Shown: positions 54,039 to 64,000 of the stretch, piece after piece
Numbering within the stretch: position 1 is the stretch's first letter
Layout of the letters: the number at the start of each line of letters is the position of its first letter
DNA from: Mantamonas sphyraenae STR306
Taxonomy: Eukaryota > Protista > CRuMs
Assembly: GCA_026936335.1 (NCBI GenBank)
Contig: JAPMXV010000005.1
Location: 62,001 to 126,000 of the forward strand
Direction: 5' to 3'
DNA: 64,000 nucleotides
Made by a program: the position numbers and the translations under genes
The notes under the pieces: generated by a model
The model's input: the letters and a program-made list of their open reading frames with translations, nothing else
Told to the model about the DNA's origin: nothing
Databases searched by the model: none

Positions 54039-55825
54039 ATGGGCAAAGGAGCAGCTGCAGTTGCTGACAAGACTTACACCTGGGAAGAGGTGGCCAAGCA
54101 CAACACGGCCGACTCGCTGTGGATCAGCGTGCGTGGCAGCGTGTACGACATCACAAGCTGGCTGCCCAAGCATCCGGGAGGACAGGACATCCTGCTCCTG
54201 TCGTCGGGCCGCGATGTGACGCAAGTGTTTGAGAGGTAGGTGCTCCTCTGGCCTCCCGTGTGACATGTGCCGGCGTTTGGGGCGCGGCGCGAGATTCTTG
54301 GCCGTCGCATGGGCTCTCCCACATTCCAGACCGGTCTCCAAGGGCCCATCTTGGCCCGTTCGCGCCACACGGCATGTCCGTGCGTCAAAGTTGGGAGCGT
54401 GCATGTGTGGATGCCTCCTTTGGCTGGTAGCATGCCCTGTGCCGGGTGTCTGGGCGCGGCCGCAAACGCGCACGTGGCGCCGCCGTCGGCTGAGAAAAAT
54501 CCACGACTCCGACGGGTCTGCGCTGCACCCTGCCCGCGATCATGGAAACCCTGTGCAAAAAGCACCGCGTGTGTGAAGGCCATGGATGCTGACACACGCA
54601 TCCGGGTGTTGGCACCACACACATACACAGCTACCACCCGCTGCGCGCAGAAGCCACGCTGGAAAAGTTCAAGATTGGCTCGCTGAGCACCACCGAGCTC
54701 ATCACGTTCCCAGACAGCAAGGACAAGGGCCTGTACCCGGCCATGCGCGAGCGTGTGGAGAAATACTTCAAGGACACGAAGCAGGATCCCCGCTGGGCGC
54801 CGTGGCAACAGCTGCGCTACGTGATGATCTACACCATCATCGCGCTGTCGTACTATGGAGCGTTTGTGACCTTCCAGGGCAACACGCTGATGACATACCT
54901 GCTTCAGGTGCCTCTGGGTCTGGGTGCAGCCATGCTGGGCCTCATGCCGATGCACGACAACTCGCATACCGCAAACACCAAGAGCCCGTGGGTCTGGGCG
55001 GCCATGGGTGCCACCCACGACATTGTCAACGGCAGCTCTTTCCTCGTGTGGTTCTACCAGCATGTGCTGGGCCACCATCCGTACACCAACGTTGACGGAG
55101 CAGACCCAGACATCGAAACCACCAAGCAGGATGTCCGCCGCATCAAGCCCCACCAGCGCTGGTACCCCATGTATGTGGTCCAAGCCATGTACGTGCCTGT
55201 GCTCTATGGTGTCCTCGCCTGGAAGACGCGTCTGCAGGACTTTTTCATCCTGTTCTACTACAAGCGCAACGGCGTCGTGCGCGTCAACCCGCTGTCCACG
55301 TACCACGTCTTTATGTTCTTCTTTGGCAAGATCTTCTTTGTGCTGTACCGCATTGTGGCGCCGTGGTACCTGCTGGGCAACAGCTTTGGCACAGTCATGC
55401 TCAGTCTGACCATTTCCGACCTGGTCACCAGCTACTGGCTTGCCCTCACCTTCCAGTCGTCCCACGTGGTCGAGGAGGTCGAATGGCCTCTGCCCGACGA
55501 GAACAACCACATCAACATGGACTGGGCCGAGATGCAGCTCCTCACCACGCAGGACTACGCTCACAAGAACTGGTTCTGGACGACCTTTACCGGCGCCCTC
55601 AACTACCAGGTCACCCACCACCTGTTCCCCGGCGTCAACCAGTACTATTACCCTGAGATTGCGCCCGTCATTCAGGAGGTCTGCAAGGAGTACGGCGTCA
55701 AGTACATGCTGCGCGACACCTTTACCGAGGCGCTTGGCTCGCACATCAACCACCTCAAGAACCTTGGTGACAAGGCTGCTGGTGAGGCCAAGAACAAGGA
55801 GCTGGACAGCAAGAAGACTCAGTAG
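54039..55825 (+). CDS. Front-end (delta-5-like) fatty acid desaturase with cytochrome b5 domain
   Basis: Exons 54039-54235 and 54631-55825. HPGG; His boxes HDNSH, HVLGHH, QVTHHLFP. Confidence 0.93.
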
Positions 55826-55893
55826 AGTGAACCGTGTGTCCAGGTGTCCAGTTGTCTGCACCGCTGCGCGTGTCGGCCCAGTTCCATTTGGCA

Positions 55894-57474
55894 ATGCAAA
55901 AGCGACCTTTCTCCGACTCGTCTTCGTCTGCCTCTGAGGCTTCTTCTGCACCGAAACGGCAGCGGGTGGTTGTTGTGCGTGGAGGGGGCGGGAAGCAAGG
56001 TTCCCGAGAACTCGTCGCTGCAAAGCGAAACATCTCCAGGCCGCGCATTGACCCAAATGCGCCTCAACAGCCCCAATTACGCACCACAAGCGCACTTTCT
56101 ACCTCTTCTTCTTCATCTTCTTCATCTTCTTCATCATCTTCATCCTCTTCCTCTTCATCGTCGCTGTCGTCTGTGCGAAAAGCCAAGCAAACGACGCTCG
56201 CCACACAGCAACAGTTGCAGAAGCTGCAGGCACTGTGTATTGTCGACTTTGAGGCCACCTGTGATTCGCCCGTACAGACGTCGCCGCAGGAGATCATCGA
56301 GTTCCCCAGTGTGCTGCTGGACGTGGAGGACAACGACGTGGTGGCCCAATTCCAAGTGTACGTGCGCCCCACCGTCCACCCAGAGCTTTCGTCCTTCTGC
56401 ACACAGTTCACGGGCATCGAACAACGATGGGTCGACTCTGGGGTGCCCCTCCAGCAGGCCATGCACCTGCACGCCTTCTGGCTCTTCAAGAACGGGTGCT
56501 TGCAACTCGAGCAGCTCCCTGGCGACCTCGATTGGCATGCTCTGGTCGGAGAACTCACATTGAACACAAGCGACGCTGCAGAGGAAGGTGTTGGTTGGAG
56601 CTACATTCGTGATGCGAACGGTGTCGTCGATGAACTGCGGCGAAATCTCTACGCACCGATTGCTGCGATGGATGCGTCCAAAGCAGCGCGTGCCCTCACT
56701 CGCGACGGCCCTGTTGGCAAAAAACGCACAAAGTGGACGTTTGTCAGCGATTCGAGCTGGGATCTGGCTGTCTGTCTGCAGGCAGAGCTGAAGTGGCGCA
56801 AACTGGAACACCCACTGCCCTACAGGACCTGGATCGACGTGCGCAAGGCGTTCCAGCGCCATTTTGACGTCTCTTTGTCAAAGCTTCGTCGAAAGGCAAA
56901 GTCGCTGCAAATGGACGACAGCGGCTACGAGGATGTGGACGAGCGGCGGCACGAAGGTGTCTCCTCGTTGCGGGTCATGCTCAATCACTGTGGCATGCAA
57001 TTCCAGGGGGACGCACACAGTGGCCTCACGGACTCACTGAACATTTGCCGTCTTGTGCAGCATCTCAACACCACGGGGCATGTCTTTCGGGTGGATGGCA
57101 AAATCAGTGATTCGGTCACCTTCCAGGGCAGTGGCAATGGCAGGCGAGACAGCACTGCCTCTGCTTCATCATCCTCATCCTCTATCTCGCCATCGCCGTC
57201 TTTGTCCTCCACCACAGACGGATCAGAGGACAAACCGCGCGCACGCAAGCAGGTCAGCATTGCTTCCATGTTTGGCGTCCCAGAACCAGGTGACAAGTCT
57301 TCCAACAAGGAACAACAGAGTGGCAACGACATCCGCGGCGTGTGCCATTGCGGCGTCCCATGCGCAACACGCACCGTGAAGAAACCGGGCCCCAACCACA
57401 TGCGCGAGTTCCTCTCTTGCGGCAAGTACAGTCAACGGACGGGTGCTGCATGTGAATTCTTCAAGTGGGCGTAG
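55894..57474 (+). CDS. ERI1/ERI2-family DEDDh 3'-5' exonuclease with C-terminal GRF zinc finger
   Basis: IVDFEATC, EIIEFPSV, YVRPTVHPELSSFCTQFTGI, SDSSWDL, HSGLTDSLNI; CHCG..TVKKPGPNHMREFLSC..CEFFKWA. Confidence 0.9.
   Translation: MQKRPFSDSSSSASEASSAPKRQRVVVVRGGGGKQGSRELVAAKRNISRPRIDPNAPQQPQLRTTSALSTSSSSSSSSSSSSSSSSSSSSLSSVRKAKQTTLATQQQLQKLQALCIVDFEATCDSPVQTSPQEIIEFPSVLLDVEDNDVVAQFQVYVRPTVHPELSSFCTQFTGIEQRWVDSGVPLQQAMHLHAFWLFKNGCLQLEQLPGDLDWHALVGELTLNTSDAAEEGVGWSYIRDANGVVDELRRNLYAPIAAMDASKAARALTRDGPVGKKRTKWTFVSDSSWDLAVCLQAELKWRKLEHPLPYRTWIDVRKAFQRHFDVSLSKLRRKAKSLQMDDSGYEDVDERRHEGVSSLRVMLNHCGMQFQGDAHSGLTDSLNICRLVQHLNTTGHVFRVDGKISDSVTFQGSGNGRRDSTASASSSSSSISPSPSLSSTTDGSEDKPRARKQVSIASMFGVPEPGDKSSNKEQQSGNDIRGVCHCGVPCATRTVKKPGPNHMREFLSCGKYSQRTGAACEFFKWA
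56102..56171. repeat. (TCN)n poly-serine repeat
   Basis: tcttcttcttcatct.. encoding a Ser run within the exonuclease N-terminus. Confidence 0.85.
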
Positions 57475-57476
57475 AG

Positions 57477-59657
57477 TTTGGAAATGTTCATCTCATCATC
57501 ATCATGCGTCTCCTCACCCCTCGTATTGGTCAATCTCGTCCAGCAGCGCATCCGCATACCCAGGCGTGTAAAACTTCACAATCTGGTCCGGGTACAGGTT
57601 GTTGATCAGTGTGATCTGCTCCTCAAACTTCGATCCGCTCTCTGCGTTCAGCTGCTGGATCTGCTGCAATCCTCCAGACGACACAAACGCACGACGCGCG
57701 TTCGAGTCGTTCGGCAGCACCTTGGCAAACCGTTGCAGCACACTCTTCAGAATCGCAGGCGGTGCCTCGCTCAACAGCGGTTCCAGCGCCTCCAGCGAGT
57801 CGCATCGTTCGATGATCGCACGCAACGCACGTCGCGACTTGGTCTGCAGGTCCTCGCTCGCCTCCTGGTCGTTCACCTTGTCCAGCAGGTTCGGCAACAC
57901 ATTTGCATCTGCCAGTGCCCCAGCGTGCTGCGGCGAGTGCTTTCCACACTGGCCCAGCGCCCACGCCGCTGCTGCCGCAATGTAGTCTTCCTCGTCAGAC
58001 ACCAGCGACGACACAATCGCTGGCACCCCGTTCGACTCGATCACTGCCATTGCCAGTGACTCGGAGAATGCGCCGATGTATCCCAATGCCATAATGCCTG
58101 GCAGACGCTCGTTTCCGCTCTCTGCGTCGCTCACATAGTCCACCAGTGCTGCCACGCCGCCTGCATTCACCACCAGCTGACACAGCTCCGGCGATTGCTT
58201 GCAGATCTCGCGGATCAGCGTCGCTGCATTCTTACGCACCACCGGGTCGTGGTCCTTCAGACAGTACAGCACTCGCGGGAAGATCTCTCCCTCCACCACA
58301 AGCTCACTCAGCTCCAGCGAGTGTTTTGCCAGCTGGCTCAGTGCACTGCACACCTGTCGCTTCAGTTTCGCATCCGACGACGCCACCAGCGGTGCCAGGA
58401 ATGCAATCGCTCCACTGTCCGCCACTGCCTGTGCCAAACCCACGCTGTGTTTGGCCACGTCCGACAGCGATGACGCCGCAATCCGCTTCAGACTCAGTTC
58501 CGGTTCCTGCAGCGCAAGCACAAGCAAAGGCACTGCCCCTGCGTCCACGCATGCCTGTGCAAGCTCAGCGTTGTGTCGTGCCACGTACCCAATCGCCCAC
58601 GCTGCGCTCTCCTTTACCCCAGGGTCAAACTCCTCCAAACACGTCACCAGCGCATCCAATGCCCCTGCATCCAACACTGCCGTTGCCAACGCAGGCGAAT
58701 GCTTGGCCACCGCACGCAGCACAAACGCTGCACTCTTCTTGTAGAACCGGTTCTGCTCCGACAGCGAATACACAAGCTGCGGCAGGATGTCTGCTGCCAC
58801 CACACTCTCTGCAATCTCGTCGCTGTAGTTGGCCAAGCGTCCAATTGCCAGTGCTGCGCTCTGTTGGATCGACGGGATCGAGTCCAGCAGCAGCGGCCGC
58901 AGCAGCTGAAGCACGCCTGCGTTTTGCAGAGCCTCGATGTTCTGAGGCCGCGTTGCCAGCTCTGCCACCGTCTGTGTGTGTTTGTGCGTGCGTGTGTGAT
59001 CCACGTGCCATGTGCGTGTGTGTCCATCCCATTGTGTTTCCATGTGTGAGTGTGTGATCTCCCCTCCTCTCCCTTCTCCTTGGAAACGAAGGACTCGCCC
59101 CAAAACCTCGCCGGCTAGCCGTTGGTCGCGCCCCAGCCGCCCCTCTTGTGCTCTCTGCACATCACCACATCCCGCACACACGCACGCATGCCTCTCTCAT
59201 CCCTTTCCCCCGTCTCTCTCTTCACCCAAGGAATTCCATCTCCTGGTTCTCTCCGTGCCCTCTTCCCGTGCACTCGCTTGTCGGCTGAAACGAGCCGTCG
59301 CCTCAAAGGCCAATCTTTGCCCTGTTCGGCCCCCCTATCCACACCCTCCACAGCGCTTCCCACGCCTTTGTCCTGCCACGTACCTGCACAAAGGTCACAC
59401 GCGCCTTTTGATACTGCTCAAACGTCTGAAAGACAGCCCTGTTGCCCGACATGTGTGTGCGTTGGAAGGCGGTTTTGTTTTGTTGCCTCGGAGAACGGGT
59501 ACGCAGGAGAGGCAGATGGATGGGCAGGGGTGGGAGGGATGGGGGGGAGAAGTGGAAGGAAGGAAGGGGCCATGCATGGGTGTTGTGCTCACAGGCAGGA
59601 GGGAGGGTGGCAGGGATCCCACACGGCTGGAAGCTGCCCCTCCCACACCACATCTTC
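57477..59657. repeat. Right arm of 2.2-kb inverted duplication
   Basis: Reverse complement of 49896-52079. Confidence 0.95.
57514..59452 (-). CDS. SPAG6: SPAG6/PF16, copy 2
   Basis: Exons 59452-59384 and 58971-57514; protein identical to copy 1 in the ORF translations. Confidence 0.97.
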
Positions 59658-59666
59658 TTGCCACCC

Positions 59667-62032
59667 ATGTCATCTGCGCTCGACCTCATCAGTCCGAGCA
59701 GCAAGAAGGACACAGAACCGCGCTCGCCAGGTGACAACCTGGACCCAGAGCGCAAGGCAGCAAGCCTGCGCTCGACGGCGTCACCGCGAGCACGTCGCAA
59801 TCTAGGCTCCGCTGCATCCTCTGCCAGTGGCAGACAGCCGTCGCGCTCCTCGTCCAGGTCCAGCGCGGCCAATCCGCAGGATAAAAAAGACAAAACAAAG
59901 CTGAGCGAGCTCAAATCCAGCCTCAATCAGTGGGTGAGTTTTCCAAGCGACGATCATTCAACGGTCAACCGCTTCCCAAGCCCTCCCACACTCCCCAGAG
60001 AGTTCTACATCCCGCTCGCTGCCGCCTCAGCGTCGCTTTGGCACGCCAGCTTCCTTTTAAATCCCACATGCACCCTTCCATGCTTATCCAGCACGCACCT
60101 GCGGGCATACAACGGTGCGTTGTTGCGCAAAACGCTGACCCCACTCTTTTGCAACCCGCCGTATTCCGTGTGCCCTTCACCTGCGTGCCGTACCCACAGG
60201 CCGATTCGATTGACGAGTACGAGCAGGAGCGGGCCAACAAGCCAGTGCGCAAAATCAAATCGCTGAACAAGGGCAAGGGCCGCAAGAAACGACACAATCT
60301 GGAGGCCAACCAGTTTGTGGTGGAAACCAAGCCGGAAGCCAAACCGGAGAAGGACAAGGAGCAACTGGAAGACTTGCAGCAAACCTTGCATGCATTTGAG
60401 TTGTACCTGAAGCAGCGTAGCACACAGCAGCGCAAGGACCGGCAACTCTCAGAATATCTCAAAGCCGAACAGGTCATCCACGATGCCGAGGCCAAAATCC
60501 AGGCCAACCGAGAGGCACGCATGGAATACTTCCGCAAGAAGAACGCACGGCAAAAGAAGGAACAGCGCCAGCGGGAAAAGAGGCGACACGAGAAGCGGCA
60601 GCGGCAGCTTGCAGCGCTGCGTGCGCAGGAGGACAGGCGTGCAGCAAGCATGCGTGCGTCGACGGGCATGCAGTCTGTGTCTCGTCCCAGTCCCACGCGT
60701 CCGTCGTCTGTGGCATCGCGTGAGACACAGGAAAGCCGCGATTCGTTCTGGGCCGATGCTGGCCTGGTGGAGCCAGCCACTCCCAAACGCGTGCGCACAG
60801 GCGTGTCTGAACGCTCGCATCGCAACAGCAGCCAACATCGTGGAGGGAAGACGCACAGGGACGATGATGAGGAGGACCGTGACGAAGGGACCAGCGGGGA
60901 CGAAGATTCCGAGCGCCGCGCTGCGAGGCGGAAGGAAGCGGAGCGTGCAGAGCGACTGGAAGCGTTGGAAAAGAAGAGGGAGGCACGCAGGAGGGAGGTG
61001 GAAGAGAACACGTCACGCAAGATCAAGAGCCGATACGGAGGGGAGTACAAGACCCCCTACTCGCACGGCGCCAAGCACACACACAAGCAGAATGGCAGCA
61101 TGTGGGGCAACGAGGCAGGTGAACACCACAAACAGGGCGACGGCGACGATCTGCCGCAGGGCTTCCACAGCGACGCCCTGGATCTGAAAATCAGCCACGA
61201 GACCACAGACGAACGGCAACGGCAGCGGCGACAATTGGTCGAAGCGAAGCGGGTGGCACGCCAGCGTGAAGTGGCCAAGCAGAAGTGGCTCATGTACGAC
61301 CGAGCCAAGAAGCGCAAGAAGGCCATCCTAGACATGATGGCCTCGGGGGACAAGGAGACGCTGGAACGATCCGTGTTTGCCGACGTGGGACCCAAGAAGA
61401 TGTCGTGGTACACCATGGACGATGCCTTGGATACCTCGCTGGCAAGTCCCACCTCGTCGGCACACCTACACGACAAGGAACGGCAGGCACGGCGGGAACA
61501 ACGACTGCGAGAGGAACGTGAAGCCATGCAGGCGTACACTGGAAGCCACGACACCGACGGGGGCCTCTCTGGCTACTACGACCACAGGGGCGACGATGAG
61601 GACGACGATGCAGCGTTCCAGGCACACGTAAAACGGGAAACAGGGTCCAAGACGACCACGAATCAGTCGCAGTCGCCACAGCGGCGTGGAAAGGCACCCA
61701 AATCGATTATGGAGGATTCGTTGGGGCCGGCAGGGGGCACACCGCAGTGGAAACGCAACACAAAGTATGGATTCAAGGTGCAGACGCCGCTCAAGACACG
61801 GGAGCAACTCAAGATGGCCATTCGTGAAGAGGGCGAGTTCATGAGTGAGGAGAAGCGGGCTCGGCTGGAACAGGAAGAGTGGGAGCGACAGGAGGCAGAA
61901 CGCATTGCCAACGATCCGGAAATCCAAGCGGCGGAGCTGAAACGCACACGGCATGCTCCCCTGCCTGGCCAGCCGCTGACCCTTGCACAAGCGTCCACTG
62001 GGCGATTGGGCAGCTCCACACATCGCAAATGA
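59667..62032 (+). CDS. Hypothetical charged coiled-coil protein
   Basis: Exon 59667-59933, intron GTGAGT..CACAG, exon 60200-62032, in frame. R/K/E-rich; no family recognised. Confidence 0.7.
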
Positions 62033-62084
62033 AGAGTTCTGTCCCTGTGGCAATCGCTTGTTTTAGTGTGTTTTCATGTTTGTC

Positions 62085-64000
62085 TCAATTGACGGACGAC
62101 GATGCGATGCCCATGAGACGCATCTGCTCGCGGACGGTAGCGTGGTTTGGCTCCTGTTGCAGGACGCGTTGAAAGCATTGCAAGGCACGGTCTCGGGCAC
62201 CCATGGCTGCGTACAGCACACCCAGATTTGTGTTGATGCCCACGTGGTTTGGATTCAGTTTCAGGCCACGTTCGTACTCCTGCACCGCAGCGGGATACTT
62301 TTTGCGCTCGGCGTAGACAAAGGCCAGCTTTTCGTAGTTGGTGACATTGCTGGGTCGATGTGCAATCAATTGTTTGTACAGCACCTCCAGATCCTGCAGG
62401 GACTTGACCTTTGTCTGGGCACATTCGGCCCCGCGGTGATAGTAGTTCATGCCCGTCCAGGTTTTGCCCAACTTCATGTTCGCCATGCCCATGTGCCGGT
62501 ACACGTTGCAATACTCGGGCCAAATCGCAAGTGCCTCTTCCAAATAGCGCAGGGCGTCCGCCCAACGCTCGTGGCGCAGCTGGATGTTGGCCATGTTGTA
62601 GGCGTTCTTGGCCGAACCCGGAAACGTCTGATACGCACGCACAAACAGCGTCTCCTCCGATTCCCAATCGCGGTTGCGCGTGTCCGAACGCACAGCGTAG
62701 AGAAGCAACACCACAGCCACAGCCAGAAGCAGGGCTGTACGAACGACTCGTGTGCCCGCGGTGGCCTCGTCGGCACGTTCCCACAACTTGACCACCACCC
62801 ACGCCACAAGCATGCAGAATCCCAGCGATGGAATGTACATGAGACGCTCTCCAATAAACGTACCCACGCTGAGAAACACGTGGCTGGCTGGCAGAAACGG
62901 GATTACCATCCATGCCAGGGCAAAGAGAATCAGGCGCACGTCACGAGCGGTAATCGATACGGCCGTGGATCCCTGCTCGTCGTCACTCTCGGTGGTGCTT
63001 TCCTTGTCATGGCTGCCATCGCGGGCGTCGTTGCCACTGCTGGTGGAGCGAATAGCGAGCCAGACAAAGACAAGAGCCACGTACGGGAGGAGCGAGAGCA
63101 GGTTCCGCGGATCGGCAACCGAATCAATCACAGGCAGAGCGTTGTAGCTGTAGTCGGAACAGAGTGTGTCTGGAAACACAAGGAGGCGCAGGTAGTAAAA
63201 GTGAAGGTAGGGGATGGTGAGAATGCGTGTGGGGCGGTCGACAAAGAGGAGCGGGTTGTCGAGGATGCGAATCACACTGACCGGCGTAAACTCGCCCATG
63301 AGGCGCGCTCGCACGTAGAGATAGGCCACACCAGAGGCAGCGAGTGCCAAAATGCGTTTGAACCACACCCGCCATTTGAGAGTGGGCGAGTGCAGCAGCA
63401 CCGCGATCGGGGAGGAGGGAAGTCGTGCAACGAGGCCGTCGTCGTGCAGAAACACGTACAGCAGATCGTATACAGCCAACACACCCAGCATGGTGATACC
63501 TGTCTCTTTGGCAAACACAGAGAGTGTGAAAAAGAGGACAGAGAGTCCAAAGGGTCGCCAGGCGGTGCGTTCTGCAAAGGCGGCCCTCGAGTAGGCAAGG
63601 AGGCCGGCAGCGTAGAACAGCATGCACAGCAGCTCTGCGCGACCGACCACGTTGGCAATGGCTTCGGTGTGGATCGGATGGCCTGCAAACAGAAGAGATG
63701 CAATTGTGGGGAAGAGCAAGGAGGACACAGAGGACGAGGTGGCGTTGACGGCGATCTGTGACACGAAGAACACGAGCACACAGGCGAGGACGTGGGTGAT
63801 GATGTTGCCCAGATGAAAGAAAAAGGGATCGAGTGTGCTTCCGGCCAAGTGATGGTCGAGACGAAGCATGAGAATGGTGATGGGTCGGTACGACTTGTGA
63901 GACTCTCGGTGTGCAATGGGCTGGCCCCAGAAGTCATGCCAGAAGAGCTGCCACACAGAATTGTTCTGCGTAACATCTTTGTTGTTCTTCACCGCAGCTC
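62085..64000 (-). CDS. TMTC: TMTC-family protein O-mannosyltransferase (DUF1736 plus TPR), 5' end outside window
   Basis: HDFWGQPIAHRESHKSYRPIT, HPIHTEAIANVVGRAELL, KETGIT, LDNPL, LCSDYSY, PFLPASHVFLSVGTFIGERLMYIPSLGFC, RNRDW, TPRs. Confidence 0.93.
   Translation of the reverse strand, partial: AAVKNNKDVTQNNSVWQLFWHDFWGQPIAHRESHKSYRPITILMLRLDHHLAGSTLDPFFFHLGNIITHVLACVLVFFVSQIAVNATSSSVSSLLFPTIASLLFAGHPIHTEAIANVVGRAELLCMLFYAAGLLAYSRAAFAERTAWRPFGLSVLFFTLSVFAKETGITMLGVLAVYDLLYVFLHDDGLVARLPSSPIAVLLHSPTLKWRVWFKRILALAASGVAYLYVRARLMGEFTPVSVIRILDNPLLFVDRPTRILTIPYLHFYYLRLLVFPDTLCSDYSYNALPVIDSVADPRNLLSLLPYVALVFVWLAIRSTSSGNDARDGSHDKESTTESDDEQGSTAVSITARDVRLILFALAWMVIPFLPASHVFLSVGTFIGERLMYIPSLGFCMLVAWVVVKLWERADEATAGTRVVRTALLLAVAVVLLLYAVRSDTRNRDWESEETLFVRAYQTFPGSAKNAYNMANIQLRHERWADALRYLEEALAIWPEYCNVYRHMGMANMKLGKTWTGMNYYHRGAECAQTKVKSLQDLEVLYKQLIAHRPSNVTNYEKLAFVYAERKKYPAAVQEYERGLKLNPNHVGINTNLGVLYAAMGARDRALQCFQRVLQQEPNHATVREQMRLMGIASSSVN

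Noticed and set aside
49896-59657. Inverted arms as terminal inverted repeats of a DNA transposon
   Set aside because: The arms are an intact housekeeping gene; there is no transposase in the spacer and I saw no target-site duplication.
1-64000. tRNA, rRNA, snRNA genes and telomeric repeats
   Set aside because: None recognised by eye, and there is little intergenic space; small intronic ncRNAs cannot be excluded without a covariance-model search.

Overview
A 64-kb piece of a very compact, GC-rich nuclear genome from a eukaryote. Spliceosomal GT-AG introns and the standard code are used. SPAG6/PF16 suggests a flagellated protist (inference); the taxon cannot be fixed from this window. I can build about 29 protein-coding gene models that tile almost the whole window. 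Intergenic gaps are mostly 10-230 nt, two neighbours possibly overlap, and introns are 5'-biased and often end in CACAG. Recognisable genes: multi-C2 protein, tandem RasGAP-like protein, Tim44-like protein, papain-family protease, EML, MYCBP, guanine deaminase, PhoD, DENN-WD40, F-BAR-SH3, MORN-IQ, M28 peptidase, two Patched/NPC1-like paralogues, DNAJC16-like, p67phox/NoxR-like, AlkD, TauD-family dioxygenase, two SPAG6 copies, Tim17-family, Bax inhibitor-1, front-end desaturase, ERI exonuclease and TMTC. I saw no RNA genes, transposases or CRISPR arrays. The most unusual items: (1) a spliced gene that appears to fuse a 2-TM ENaC/DEG/PAC-like module to a single-domain 6-TM cation channel with a non-canonical filter; (2) multi-kb G/C strand-skew domains that ignore gene orientation; (3) a 2.2-kb near-identical inverted duplication of SPAG6 plus its bidirectional promoter, bracketing four genes; (4) a NoxR/p67phox homologue ending in UVR-like motifs; (5) mosaic homogenisation of the Patched-like tandem pair. 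All gene models and family calls were made by eye, without searches.
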